Source of the DNA: the human T2T-CHM13v2.0 reference genome, Homo sapiens
Length of the DNA: 64,000 bases
Assembly (NCBI RefSeq): GCF_009914755.1
Contig: NC_060942.1
Direction: 5' to 3' (one strand)
Position numbers and translations under genes: made by a program. A model generated the notes under the pieces. It did no database searches. It was not told the origin of the DNA and was given only the letters and a program-made list of their open reading frames with translations. This document shows, one piece after another, positions 11,394 through 25,791 of this stretch (position 1 is the first letter of the stretch; every line of letters starts with the position of its first letter).

Positions 11394-13781
11394 CAGGTAT
11401 ACCCTCATCTTATTGTACTTTGCAGATACTGTGTTTTTTTAATAAATTGAAGGTTTGTGGCAACCCAGCATCAAGCAAGTCTCACAGTGCCATTTTTCCA
11501 ACATTGTGTGCTAATTTCATGTCTCTGTGTCACATTTTGGTAATTCTTGCAATATTTCAAACTTTTTTATTATTAGAATATCTGTTACAGGGTTCAGTGG
11601 TATTTGATGATACTATTGTAATTGTTTGGGGGCATCACAGACTACACCCGTATGAGAGGATGAACTTAAATGATAAATTGTGTGTGTGTGCATGCATGTG
11701 TGCGTGCATGTGGACTGTTACACTCATTGGTCCTTCTGCTGTCTCTCTCCCTCTCCTCAGCCCTCTTTATTCCCTGGGACACAGAAATTTTTAAATAAGG
11801 CCAATTAATAATCCTACATTGGTCTCTTACGTGTTAGAGTGAAAAGAAGATTCACATATCTCTCATTTTAAATTGAAAGCTAGAAATGATTAAGCTTAGT
11901 GAGGAAGCCATGTTGAAAGCTGAGATAGTCCAAAAACTAGGCCTCTTGCACCAGTTAGCCAAGTTGTGAATGCAAAAGAAAAGTGCCTGGAGGATATTTA
12001 AAATGCTGCTCCAGTGAACACACAAACGATAGGAAAGCAAAATAGCCTTATTGCTGATATGGAGAAAGTTTTAATGGTCTGGATAGAAGATCAAACCAAC
12101 TGCAACATTTCCTTAAGCAAAATCCTAATTCAGAACACAGCCATAGCTGTCTCCAATTCTATGAAGACAGAGCAGAGAGGAAGCTGTGGAAGTAAAGTTT
12201 GAAAATAAGAGGTTGTTCATGAGGTATAAGGAAAGAAGACATCTCCATAACATAAAAGTGTAAGGTGAAACATCAAGTGCGAATACAGAAGCTGCAGCAA
12301 GTTATCCAGAAAATCTAAGATCATTGAAGAAGGTGGCTACACTAAACAATAGATTTTCAATATAGACAAAAGAGCCTTCTGTTGATTTTAGGCATCTAGC
12401 CTAAAATGGAAGAAGATGCCATCTAGGACTTTAATGGGTAGAGAGGAGAAGTTGATACCTGTCTTCAAAGTAAAGACTGACTCTTTTGTTAGGGGCTGTT
12501 GCAGCTGGTGACATTAAGTTGAAGCCAATGCTCATTCACCATTCCAGAAATCCTTGTGCCCTTAAGAATTATGCTAAATCTACTCTGACTGTGTTCTACA
12601 AGTAGAACAACAAAGCCTGGATGACAGCATATCTGTTTATAGCATGGTTTACTAAATATTTTAAGCCCACTGTTGAGACCTACTGCTCAGAAAAAAAGAT
12701 TCCTTTCAAAACATTACTGCTCATTGACAGTGCACCTAGTTACCCAAGAGCTCTGATGGAGATGTAAAACAAGATTAATATTTTCATGCCTGCTAACACA
12801 GCATTCATTCTGCAGCCCATGACCAAGGATTAATTCAGACTTTCAAGTCTTATTATTTAAGAAATAAGATTTAATAAGGCTATAGCTGTCATGGATAGTG
12901 ATTTCTCTGATAGACCTGGGCAAAGTAAATTGAAAACCTTCTGAAAAGGATCCACCATTCTAAATTCCATTAAGAACATTCATGATTCATGAGAGGGGGT
13001 CAAATATCAACACGAACAGGAGTTTGGAAGAAGTTGATTCCAACCTTCATGGGTGACTTTGAGGGATCCAAAACTTCAGTAGAGGAAATACCTGCAGATG
13101 TAGAAATAGCAAGAGAACTAGAATTATCCTGAAGATGTGTCTGAATACTGCAATCTCATCATAAAACTTGAATTGATGAAGAGTTGCTTCTTATGGATGA
13201 GCAAAGAAAATGTTTTCTTGAGATGAAATCCTCGTGGTGAAAATGCTGTGAACATAGTAGAAATGACAACAAAAGATTTGTAATATTCCATAAAGTTAGT
13301 TGATAAAGCAGAGGGAAGGTTTAAGAAAACCCCAATTTTGAAAGAACTTCTGCTGTGGGTAAGATGCTATCATATAGCATCAGAAAAATCTTCTGTGAAA
13401 GGAAGGCTCAATCAATGTAGCAAATTTCATTGTCTTATTTTAAGAAATTTCTACAACCACCCAACCTTCAGCAACCACCACCTTGAACAGTCAACAGCCA
13501 TCAACATTGAGGCAAGACTCTCCACTAACAAAAAGATTGGGACTCATTAAAGACTCAGGTGAACATTAGCATTTTTTGGCAGTAAAGTATTTTTAATTAA
13601 GAATATACATTGTTTTGTTTTTAGACATAATGGTATTGCACACTTAGGCTACAGTATAGTGTAAACATAACTTTTATATGCACTGGGAAACAAAAAATTG
13701 TGTGACTCACTTTATTAATGCAATATTCACTTTACTGCTGTTGTGTGGAACTGAACCTGCAATATCTCTGAGGTGTGCCTG
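11394..13781 (+). mobile_element. Full-length Tigger1 DNA transposon (pogo-like, transposase disrupted)
   Basis: TIRs caggtatacc / ggtgtgcctg, TA target duplication on both sides, ~2.39 kb, CENP-B-like fragment ([18 protein letters not shown]). Confidence 0.92.
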
Positions 13782-16019
13782 TAGATGCAAATAGCCTCTA
13801 CAGGATACTAGTAAACCAAATGCAGCAGCATATTAAAAGGATTATACACCATGATGAAGTGGTATTTATCCTATGGATGCAAAGTTGTTTTAACATTTGA
13901 AAATCAATCCATATGATACACCATGTTAATAGAATAAAGAACAAAAGCCACATGATCATCTTAATAAAGAACAGGAAATCCAACATGCTTTTACGGTTAA
14001 AACAAACAAAACCGGGACTAAAAGGGAATGTCCTCGATTTGATAATGGGCCCCAATGAAAAGTCCACAGCTATCATCATATTTAATGGTGAAAGACTGGA
14101 TGCTTTTCCCCTAAGATCAGGAACATGACAAGGATGTCTATTCTTGCCACATCTATTCAACATTGTACTGAAAGTTCTAGCCAGAACAACTAGTCAAGAA
14201 AATGCACCCAGATTGAAGAGGAAGAAATAAAACTGTTTTTGCAGATGACATCATTTTGTATCTAGAAAATTTCAGGGAACCCGCTAAAAAACTATGAGAA
14301 CTAATAAATGAGTTCAGCAAGGTTGCAGGACAAAAGATCAAATACAAAACTCAGTTGTATTTACATACACCATCAATGAACAGTTCAAAACTGAAAATTT
14401 TTTAAATTCCATTTAAAATAGTGTCAAAATATTTAGGAATAAATGTAATTAAAAAGTGCAAGAGAGGGACAAATGGCCAACTAGATGCAGCCAGGAAGAG
14501 CATCTTCCACCAAGAGAGACCAAAATATAGAGTAAACCATCATACTTTGAACAGATCTTTGGGGAGAAAGCACTGAGAGTCAATGGAGAGATGATGCAGA
14601 CACCAGGGCTGAAGAGAGAGGAAGCTGGGAACCCTGCATGGGGTTGCCAAGCTCTGAAACTTATTCCTGGCCCTGAACAACTCCTAAGAAAGGGATGGAT
14701 GAAGTAACTGCAGACCAGCCCATTCTCATTACAGATCTCCAAGATCCTAGCTGCAGGAGACCCTATAACCCCATGGACATATGAGTTGGCAGGGAGAACT
14801 ACCTGGAGAGTCAGCAGAGATAGAGTTTGAGCCTCTGTGGAACCCAGTGGGGGTTGCATGGGGACAGCTGTAACAAAACACGGCCATAGGTGCTCATCCC
14901 GGGCTCTACATATTTCTCTATGAGGCTGTAACCTTTGTTGACTACTGAACCTGGAGAGAGCAGGGCTGTCTTTCCTGCATGACCAGGGCATAGCTGACCT
15001 GTGCACCCACCTGTCCACTGACTGATCCCAGAATCCCTTTTTGGCCACTCCCATAGGAGCGGGCACAAAGCACAGCCTACACTGCCCCAGTAGAGTGCTT
15101 TTGCTAGCAACTACCGCTAGAGCATTTTTGTTGGCGTCCTGGGAGGACCTTGAGCACCCCCAGCCCCTGCATGGCTGGTGCTCAACCTTGAGGGGCCAGA
15201 GGACAAAGCCATGGACCCAGTCCTAACCTCCCAGGGTTAGAGCATGCAGCCCAGGAGTACTGAGCTGAGATCTGTGGCTGGAACTTAAGTGAAGGAAGAA
15301 CCCTCTCTCTCAAAGTGCTGGGAAGAGTGAGGCATGGGTTCGTGGGCTGACACAGGAGCTGGGTGTGCCTGCTTCTGCTGGGCCAGTCTGGGAGGGATGT
15401 AGACTCTCTGGCAGCCACAGCCTCTCCCCGGGGGGCCTCATGGCCCTGAATGCCTAACAGCCCAGCAATCTGGGTGCAGAAGGCTTGGGACAAAAGCTGG
15501 TCAGGCCAAATTCTGGGACGCTCATCAGGAGACCCTATTGAGGGTGGAGCTGGGCAGGTCCCACAGCTGACTGCTGGCAAAAAACCCAAGGCATGGGCAC
15601 CCCACCAGCTGCATACCCACAACAACACTGCCCTGCCCACAGATGCCCCGCCCTTGACCTACTGCATCAACAGACCACCTACAGATATACCCCACAACCT
15701 GCTCTGACTCTGCCAAGCACAGAGGACCTTGGTGGGCCTCCAGAGAGCTGTGGGTCTCCTGGTGACCTAATCTTTGGCTTGGACCACCTCAAAGGGAGGG
15801 AGGAGCACAGCTCACCAGAGCCGCCTTTGAGGCTAAGGAAAGGCAGGCACGGCACCAGTGATTGGAGGGGGCTCCTTTAAGACCCAGGAATGGACTTGGT
15901 GAGGGGATCATCTCTCTCCCAACCCTGTCTGCCCCACGACAGAGCACTGCTGCCAATGCATTGAAATACACTGAGAGGCACATGGCTCAGCTACAGTCTA
16001 TCTACAAGCCCTTACTGTT

Positions 16020-17585
16020 TTTGTTCTTCTTCTTATTATTATACCTTTTAAGTTCCAGGGTACATGTGCACAACGTGCAGGTTTGTTACATATGTATACA
16101 CGTGCCATGTTGTTGTGCTGCACCCATCAACTCGTCATTTACATTAGGCATTTCTCCTAATGCTATCCCCTCTTCCCCCCACCCCACGACAGGCCCCGGT
16201 GTGTGATGTTCCCCACCCTGGGTCCAAGTGTTCTCATTGTTCAATTCCCACCTATGAATGAGAACACTCAGTGTTTGATTTTCTGTCCTTGCGATAGTTT
16301 GCTCAGAATGATGGTTTCTAGCTTTATCCATGTCCCTACAAAGGACATGAACTCATCCTTTTTTATGGCTGCATATTATTCCATGGTGTATATGTGCCAC
16401 GTTTTCTTAATCCAGTCTATCATTGTTGGACATTTGGGTTGGTTCCAAGTCTTTGCTATTGTGAATAGTGCCACAATAAACATACGTGTGCATGTGTCTT
16501 TATAGCAGCATGATTTATGATCCTTTAGGTATATACCCAGTAATGGGATCGCTGGGTCAAATGGTATTTCTAGTTCTAGATCCTTGAGGAATCGCTACAC
16601 TGTCTTCCACAATGATAGAACTAGTTTACAGTCCCACCAACAGTGTAAAAGTCTTCCTATTTCTCCACATCCTCCCCAGCACCTATTGTTTCCTGACTTT
16701 TAATGATCACCATTCTAACTGGTGTGAGATGGTATCTCATTGTGGTTTTGATTTGCATTTCTGTGATGGCCAGTGATGATGACCTTTTTTGTGTGTGTCT
16801 GTTGGCTGCATAAATGTCTTCTTTTGAGAAGTGTCTGTTCGTATACTTCACCCACTTTTTGATGGGGTTGATTTTTTCTTGTAAATTTGTATAAGTTCTT
16901 TGTAGATTCTGGATATTAGCCCTTTGTCAGATGGGTAGATTGCAAAAATTTTCTCCCATTCTGTAGGTTGCCTGTTCACTCTGATGGTAGTTTCTTTTGC
17001 TGTGCAGAAGCTCTTTAGTTTAATTAGATCCCATTTGTCTATTTTGGCTTTTGTTACCATTGCTTTTGGTGTTTTAGACATGAAGTCCTTGCCCATGCCT
17101 ATGTCCTGAATGGTATTGCCTAGGTTTTCTTCTAGGGTTTTTATGGTTTTAGGTCTAATATTTAAGTATTTAATCCTTCTTGAATTAACTTTTGTATAAG
17201 GTGTAAAGAAGGGATCCAGTTTCAGCTTTCTACATATGGCTAGCCAGTTTTCCCAGCACCATTTATTAAATAGGGAATCATTTCCCCATTTCTTGTTTTT
17301 GTCAGGTTTGTCAAAGATCAGATGGTTGTAGATGTATGGTATTATTTCTGAGGGCTCTGTTCTGTTCCATTGGTCTATATCTCTGTTTTGGTACCAGTAC
17401 CATGCTGTTTTGGTTACTGTAGCCTTGTAGTATAGTTTGAAGTCAGGTAACGTGATGCCTCCAGCTTTGTTCTTTTTGCTTAGGATTGTCTTGGCAATGT
17501 GGCCTTTTTTTGGTTCCATATGAACTTTAAAGTAGTTTTTTTTTCCAATTCTGTGAAGAAAGTCATTGGTAGCTTCCTGGGGATG
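16020..17585 (-). mobile_element. 5'-truncated L1PA (L1PA4-6-like)
   Basis: ORF2 C-terminal ORF at 16848-17519, L1PA 3'UTR, 17-bp TSD tacaagcccttact(g/c)tt at 16003 and 17586. Confidence 0.92.
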
Positions 17586-20342
17586 TACAAGCCCTTACTC
17601 TTAAGCATAATCTACTGATTGCAGCCTGAATTACACCACCAAAAAATACTTCCTGCTTTCATTGCCTGTGAAACCCAGTGCAGTGTTCTAGCAACAAATA
17701 AAAATCCTGTGAAGAGCCTTGGCCCTCTAAAAGCATCCAGAAACAAAGCCAATCAACTATACTCAACTTACACTACAGTCAAACCCTCAAGGTAAATAAA
17801 GACCATAAAAAGCCCCATCCAAATCACAGCAACTTCAAAAGATAAAGGAACACCAGCCCTCACAGATGAGAGGGAACTAGCACAAGGACTCCGGCAATTC
17901 TAAAAGCCAGAGTGTTTTCTTACCTCCAAACAATTGCACAAGCTCCCCAGAAGTGGCTGTTAACCAGATTGAAATGGCTGAAATGACAGACATAGAATTC
18001 AGAATCTAGATAGCAAGGAAGCTAAAAAAAAAAAAAGAGAGAAAGTTGAAGCTAAAAAAAAAAAAAAGAAATAAAAAAGAAAAAAACAGGAGAAAGTTGA
18101 AACCCAATCCAAGGAGAACAGTAAAATAATACAAGAGTTGAAAGATGGTATAACCTTTTTAAGAAAGAACCAAAACTGAACTCCTGGAACTGAAAAATTG
18201 ACTACAGGAATTTCAGAATACAATTGGAAACATTAACAACAGAATAGATGAAGCTGAGGAAAGAATCTCACAGCTCAAAGACTCCTCCTTCAAATAAACT
18301 CAGGTAGACAAAAATAAAGAAAAAATGAACCTTTAAAAATGAACAAAACCTCAGAAATATGGGATTATAAAAAGGGACCAAACTTACGACTAATTGGCAC
18401 TCCTGAAAGAGAAAAAAGAATAATCAACTTGGAACACATGTTTGAGGATATTGCCCATGAAAACTTCCCTAAGCTTGCTAGAGAAGTCAACATGCAACTT
18501 CGATAAATTTAGAGAACCCCTGCGAGATACTATATAAGATGACCATCCCTGAGATACATAGTTACCAGATTCTCCAAGGTCAACACCTCAGAAAAAATCT
18601 TACAGGCAGCTATAGAGAAGGAACAGGTCACTTACAAAGGGAACCCCTTCAGGTGAACAGTGGACATTCCAGCAGAAACCTTACAAGCCAGAAGAGTTGG
18701 GACCTGCTTTCCAGCATCCTTAAAGAAAAGAAATTCCAACCAAGAATTTCATATCTTACCAAACTAAGCTTCCTAAGTGAAGGAGAAATAAAACCATTTT
18801 CAGACACACAAGTGCTAAGGGAATTCATTATCGCTAGACCTGTCTTACAAGAGGTCCTTAGGAAGTGCTAAACATGAAAATGAAAGAACAATACCTGCCA
18901 CCACAAAAACACACTTAAGTACATAGTCCACAGACACTATAAAGCAACTACACAAGCAAGCCTATATAACAACCAGCTAACAACAATAACAGGATCAAAT
19001 CTTCACATATCTATATTAACCTTTAATGTAAACAGACTAAATGCCCCAGTTAAAAGGCATAGAGTGGCAAGTTGGATAAAAGAAAAAGACCCCAGTGTCT
19101 GCTGTCTTTAAGAGACCCATCTCACATGTAACAACAGCCATAGGCTCAAATTAAAAGAATGGAGAAAGATCTATCATGCAAACAGAAACCAAAAAAGAGC
19201 AGGAGTTTCTATTATTACATCAGAAAAACAGACTCGAAGCCAGCAATGATAAAAAAAGGACAAAGAAGGGCATTACATAGTGATAAAGGGTTCAATTCAG
19301 CAGTACTTAACTATCATAAATATATACACACACAACATTGGAGCACCTAGATTCATAACAAGTTCTTATAGACCTATGAAGAGACTTAGCCACATAATAA
19401 TAGTGGGAAACCCAAAACCTCACTGACAGCATTAGACAGATCATTGAGGCAGAAAACTAATAAAGATATTCTGGAATTAAACTCAATACTTGACCAGTTG
19501 GACCTAATAGACATCTGGAGAATACTCCATCCAACAACTACAGAATATACATTCTCCTCATCTGCACATGGAACATACTCCAAGACTGACTACATGCCAT
19601 AAAGCAAGTATCAATAAATTCAAAAAAATCGAAATCATACCAACCACACACTCAGACCACAGTGCAATAAAAATAGAAGTCAATACCAAGATCTCTCAAA
19701 ACTACACAATTACATGGAAATTAAACAACTTGCTCCTGAATAACTTTTGGGTAAAGAATGAAACTAAGGCAGAAATCAAAAAAATCATTTAAAACTAATG
19801 GAAATAGAGATGCAACATAGTAGAATCTTTGGGATACACCTAAAGCAGCGGTAAAAGGAACGTTTATAGTGCCAAATGCCTACAACAAAAAGTTGGAAAG
19901 ATCTCAAATTAACAACCTAACACCACACCTAGAGGAACTAGATAAACAAGACAAAACCAACACCAAAACTAGCAGAAGAAAAGAAATAACTAAAATCAGA
20001 GCAGAACTGAAAGAAATTTAGATGCAAAAATCCATACAAAAGATCAAGCAAACCAAAAGTTGTTTTTTTTGAAAGAATAAACAAGATAGACCACTAGCTA
20101 GATTAGCAAAGAAAAAAGAAGATCCAAATAAGCACAATTGGAAATGACAAAGGTGACATTACAACTGACCCCACAGAAATAAGAAAAACTCCTCAGAGAT
20201 TATTATGAACATTTCTATGTACACAACTAGAAAAATCTAGATGAAACGGATAATGTCCTGGAAACACATAACCTCCCAAGATTGAACCAGGAAGAAATTG
20301 AAACCCTGAACAGACCAATAATGAGTTCCAAAATTGAATCAG

Positions 20343-20369
20343 TAATAATAATAATAATAATAATAATAA
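20343..20369. repeat. (AAT)n microsatellite inside L1 ORF2
   Basis: About 9 units. Confidence 0.9.
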
Positions 20370-20994
20370 GCCTTGCCAACCAAAAAAAAAAAAAAGCCCT
20401 GGACCAGATGGATTCACAGCCTAACTCTACCAGATGCACAAAGAAGAGCTGGTACCTTTCCTACTGAAACTATTCCAAAAAAATCAAAGAAGAGGGACTC
20501 CTCCCTAACTTATTCTATGAAGCAAGCATCATTCTGATACCAAAACCTGCCAGAGAGATGATGAAGAAAAAAAACTTCTGGCCAATGTCCCTGATAAATA
20601 TAGACACAAAAAATCCTCAACAAAATACTAGCTAAACGAATTCAGCAGCACATCAAAAAGTTAATTCACCACAATCAAGTAGGCTTCATTCCTGGGATGC
20701 AAGTTTGTTTTGACATATGCAATCAATAAATGTGATTCACCACATAAACAGAATTGGAAACAAAAACAATATGATCATCTCAATAGACACAGAAAACAAT
20801 TTCGATAAAATTCAACATCCCTTCAGGTTAAAAACCCTGAACAAAATAGGCGTTGAAGAAACATACCTCAAAATAATAAGAGCCATCTATGACAAATCCA
20901 CAGCCAACATCATACTAAATGGGCAAAAGCTGGAAGCATTCCTCTTGAGAACTGGAACAAGACAAGGATGCTCACTTTCACCACTCCTATTTAA

Positions 20995-21087
<93 letters not shown>

Positions 21088-22424
21088 TGATGATATGATT
21101 GTACGCCTAGAAAACCCTAAAGACTCCACCAGAAGGCTCCTGGAACTGATAAATGACTTTGGTAAAGTTTCAGAATACAAATCAATGTACAAAAATCAGT
21201 AGCATTTCTATATACCAATAATGTTCAAGCTGAGAGCCAAATCAAGAACACAATACCATTTATAATAGCAACAAAAAGAATAAAATACCTAGGAATACAG
21301 TAACTAAGGAGATGAAAGATCTGTACAATGAGAATTACAAAACACTGCTGAAAGAAATCAGAGATGACACAAACAGAAAAACATTTCATGCTCATGGATA
21401 GGAAGAATCAATGTCATTAAAATGGCCATACTGCTCAAAGAAATCTACAGATTCAATGCTATTCCTGTCAGACTACCAATAACATTTTTCACAAATTTAG
21501 AAAATCTATTCTAAAATTCATATGGAAGCAGAAAAGAGCCCGAATAGCCAAAGCAATCCTAAGCAAAAATAACACAGCTGGAAGCATCACATTATCTGAC
21601 TTCAAACTATACTACAAGCCTACTGTAACCTAAACAGCCTGGTGCTGGCACAAAAACGGACACATAGACCAACAGAACAGAATAGAGGACCCAGAAATAA
21701 AGGCACACAGCTACAACCATCTGATCTTCAATAATGTTGACAAAAATAAGCAATGGGGAAAGACTTCCCATTCAATAAATGGTGTTGTGATAGATAACTG
21801 GCTAGCCATATGGAGAAGAATGAAACTGGATCCCTACCTATTACCATATACAGAAATTAACTCAAGATGGATTAAAAACTTAAATGTTAGACCTCAAACT
21901 ATTAAAATCCTAGAAGAAAACCTAGGAAATACCTTTCTTGATATTGGCTTTGGCAAAAGATTTATGGCTAAGTTCTCAAAAGCAAGTGCAACAAAAACAA
22001 AAATTGACAAGTGGGACCTAACTAAAGAGCTTCAGCACAGCAAGAGAAACTATCAGCAGAATAAATAGAAAACCTACAGAATGGGAGAAAATATTCACAA
22101 ACTATGCATCCAACAGAGAGGCCTGATATCCAGAATCTATAAGGAACTTAAACAATTCAGCAAGCAAAGAACAAATAACCACATTAAAAAGTGGCCAAAG
22201 GACATGAACAGACACTTCTCAAAAGAAGACATACAAGTGGCCAAGAAACATGAAAAAAAAAGCTTAACATCACTACTAATCACTAATCAGAGAAATGCAA
22301 ACCAAAACCACAACGAGATACCATCTCACACCAATAACAATGGCCTTTGTTTAAAAGTCTAAAACAACAAATGCCAGTGAGGATGTGGGGAAAAGGAAAC
22401 ACACACTTCCAGTGGGAATGTTAA

Positions 22425-22787
22425 TGACATGGTTTGGCTCTGTGTCCCCACCCAAATTTCATCTTGTAGTTACCATAATTTCCACATGTTGTGGGATGGG
22501 CCCGGTGGGAGATGACTGAATTATGGGGGCGGGTCTTTCCCATGCTGTTCTTGTGATAGCAAATAAGTCTCACGAGATCTGATGGTATCATAAGGGAGTT
22601 TCCCTGCACAAGCTCTCTTTGCCTATCACCATCCACGTAAAATATGACTTGATCCTCCTTGTCTTCTGCCATGATTGTGAGGCCTCCCCAGCCATGTGTA
22701 ACTGTGTATCCAATTGAACCTCTTTCTTTTGTAAATTGCCCAGTCTCGGGTATGTCTTTATCAGCAGTGTGAAAACAGACTAATAAA
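22425..22787 (+). mobile_element. THE1B-like solo LTR
   Basis: tgacatggtttggct...gactaata with 5-bp TSD gttaa/gtaaa. Confidence 0.88.
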
Positions 22788-23510
22788 GTAAATTAGTCCA
22801 GCCACTGTGGAGAACAATTTGGAGATTTCTTAAGAACCAAGAGTTGAACTACCATTTGATTTAGCAATTCCATTACTGGGTATACAGTCAAAAGAAAGTA
22901 AACTGTTCTACCAAAAAAATAAGTGTACCTGTATGTTCATTGCAGCATGGTTCACAAAAGCAAAGACATGGATTCAACCCAGGTGCCTATCAACTCTGGA
23001 TTGAGTAAAGAAAATATGGTACATATACACCATGGAATACTATGCAGCCATAAAAAGGAGCAAAATCAAGTCCTTTGTAGCAACATTGGATGAAGGTGGA
23101 GGCCATTATCCTAAGCAAACTACTGCAGAAACAGAAAACCAAATCTACATGTTCTCACTTATAAGTGGGAATGCACAACAAGTACACATGGACAGAAAGA
23201 TGAGAGCAATAGATATTGGGAAATACAAGAGGTGAGAGGGAGGGAGGGAGGCAAGGGCTGAAAAACTATCTATTGGGTACTATGCTCACCCCCTCAGAGA
23301 TAGATTCATTTACTCCAAACCTCAGCATCACACAATATACGTTTGTAACAAAATTGCATATGTACCCCTGAACCTGTAATAAAAGTTGAAGAAAAAAAAA
23401 CCCAAAAAAAGTGTAAGACTTACATGCTGAGAACAAAAACATCACTGAAAGAAATTAAAGAAGATCTAAATAAACACACATTGATGAATCAAAAAGCCTA
23501 ATATTAAGAT

Positions 23511-24176
23511 GCTTGTTTTAAGTTTGTTTAATATACTTGGCATCTCAGCATCCATTTTTAGGTCTGATGTAAGTTATTTGAAACCCAGTTGTACTCCATC
23601 ACCTTTGGCTTTTAAAATTTCTCCTCCCTTTGTGGTCGTTTCCAGTACAGCCTGCTTTTTCCTCATCCTACTGACTCAAAAACCCAACACAGCTCACAGC
23701 TGCTGGCTACAATAAATCCTAATGGTCAACACCAGAGTCACAAAAATAAGTTCCCCATTCAGCAGGTTTTTGTTAACTAATCAGTCTACAACTCCTGAGA
23801 GAAAGCCTAAAGGTTAATGCCTATGGAACTTAATGAAGGTATAGTACCACGAGTCCCCCTTCCCACTTTCTCCTCTCTCACCCTCCCCGCCTGCCCCCTT
23901 CTGCACTACACCTCTTGTTGGCTCCAGATGTCCCAACACCTCATAGGCACCCCTAACCTCTCTGGGACCTGTGAGTAATAAATTTCTTCTGTTTCACAAA
24001 CTTTGGTTTCACTTTCTCATTGTGTCTCACCTGACAGACACACTTGAACCTAATTATCCCCCCAGTCAGGGCTCTCTTAGAGGGTGGCTATCTTAGCTTA
24101 TAGCCACTGTCAAGAAAGAGACCCCAAGACCAAATTAGAAAAAATAAAACAAAACATAATAATAGAACTCACAACA
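23511..24176 (+). mobile_element. ERV1-class solo LTR (family uncertain)
   Basis: Interrupts the L1 and carries an LTR-type gtgagtaataaa poly(A) region. Confidence 0.55.
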
Positions 24177-24190
24177 ATGGTACTACTCTC

Positions 24191-24746
24191 TGTCCTGTTT
24201 GGAGTCAGGTTCCAGCTCATGCTGAGGTCCGAAGCGAGTGGATGGACGAGCAGATAGCTGAAAGAACGCTGCGGGGGCTGTAGGCAGGTGAAAGGTTGTT
24301 TTATTCAGTAACTCTCTTAGCAGCAGCTCACTCACACTAGCTCTGTCACACTGTTCGCCTTGTCTTGGCTGCTTAGCCCGGCGGCTCCCACACACAGCTG
24401 CATGGCTGGCTCTCCCTTCAGGGTCAGCAGCTTAACTCTTTCTCTCTCTCTGTGGGTACAAGTGAGCAGAGCTGTGTTCTGGCTCCCTCCTGTCCATCTG
24501 CAAAGACGGACAGCTCTGGCTCTCTCTCTCCTTCTCTGGGCACAAGCGCACCTGTACAGTGTCAGCAGGTCAGTAATACCTTTTACAGACAATAGTGGCT
24601 TAGAGCCAAATGATGAGCCTTCTTATGTTATGGCTACATGGCTAAGATAACAAGTGGAGTTATATGCCTGTGCTGTAAACTCACTGAGTCACTCTAGATG
24701 TTTACCTCAGCCTATCCATGACCAAAGCACAGCCATGTTCTTTACA
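24191..24746 (-). mobile_element. LTR18-like (ERVL) solo LTR
   Basis: Minus-strand start tgtaaagaacatggctgtgctttgg, TG...CA ends, 5-bp TSD ctctc/ctccc. Confidence 0.7.
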
Positions 24747-25496
24747 CTCCCCAGATCTGAAAATTTAGTACAATCCCTATCAAAATCTCAAGTGTCTTTT
24801 TTTTTTTTTTTTTTTTTTTGCGTAACTTGACAAGCTGATTCTAAAATCTATACGGAAAATCAATGTACACAGAAGAGTCAAAACAATTTTGAAAAAAAAG
24901 AACAACATTGGAGTACTCACACCCTAAGATTTACGGTCTTACTACAAAGCTACAATAATAGAGAAAGCCAACATTGCACTGTAGTTCCTATAGAGGGGTG
25001 AAGGGAGGGAGTGGGACATGGTGTGAGGATAGTCATATAGATCAACTGAACAGAATTCAGAGTCTAGAAATAACCTTTATATTTAGGTCAATTGATTTTC
25101 AACAAGAGTACAAAGAAAATACAATGGAATAATAGTCTTTTCAACAAATGGTGGTGGGACAACTGGGTATCTGCCTGCAAAAGGAAGGTGGACCCCTACA
25201 TCACACCATATGTAAAAAGTAACTCAAAATGAATCAAAGACATAAATATAAGAGCTAAAACCATAAAACTCTTAGAAGGAAACATGCATGATCTTCATGA
25301 CCTTGGATTAGACAATGACTTCATAGACATGAAACCAAAAGCACCAGCAAAAGTAGGAAACAAATAAGCTGGACTTCTCCAGAACTTAAAAGTTTTGTGG
25401 TTTTAAGGATGCAATCAAGAAAGTGAAAAGATGACTTACACAGTGGAACAAACTATTGGTTAATTATGTATTTTTTAAGAATAAACTTGGATCCAA

Positions 25497-25791
25497 GGCC
25501 AGCCATGGTGGTTCATACCTGTAATGCTGACACTTTGGGAGGATGAGATGGAAAGATCACTTGAGGCCAGGAATTTGAGACCAGCCTGGGCAACATAGCA
25601 AGACCCCCATTTCTACAAATTTTTCTTTTTTTAATAGCTGGGTGTGGTGGTGCGTACCTGTAGCCCAGCTACTTGAGAGGTTGAGGTGGGTGGATTGCTT
25701 GAGCCCAGGGGTTTAAGACTGCAGTGAGCTATGATTGTGCTACTGCATATCAGCCTCAGCAACAGAGCATGACACAGTCTCTAAAAAATAA
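25497..25791 (+). mobile_element. AluJ
   Basis: Diverged dimeric Alu. Confidence 0.85.

Noticed and set aside
14449-16206. Cluster of 100-205 aa ORFs
   Set aside because: They lie in the GC-richer 5'UTR of the old L1 and resemble no protein I recognise.
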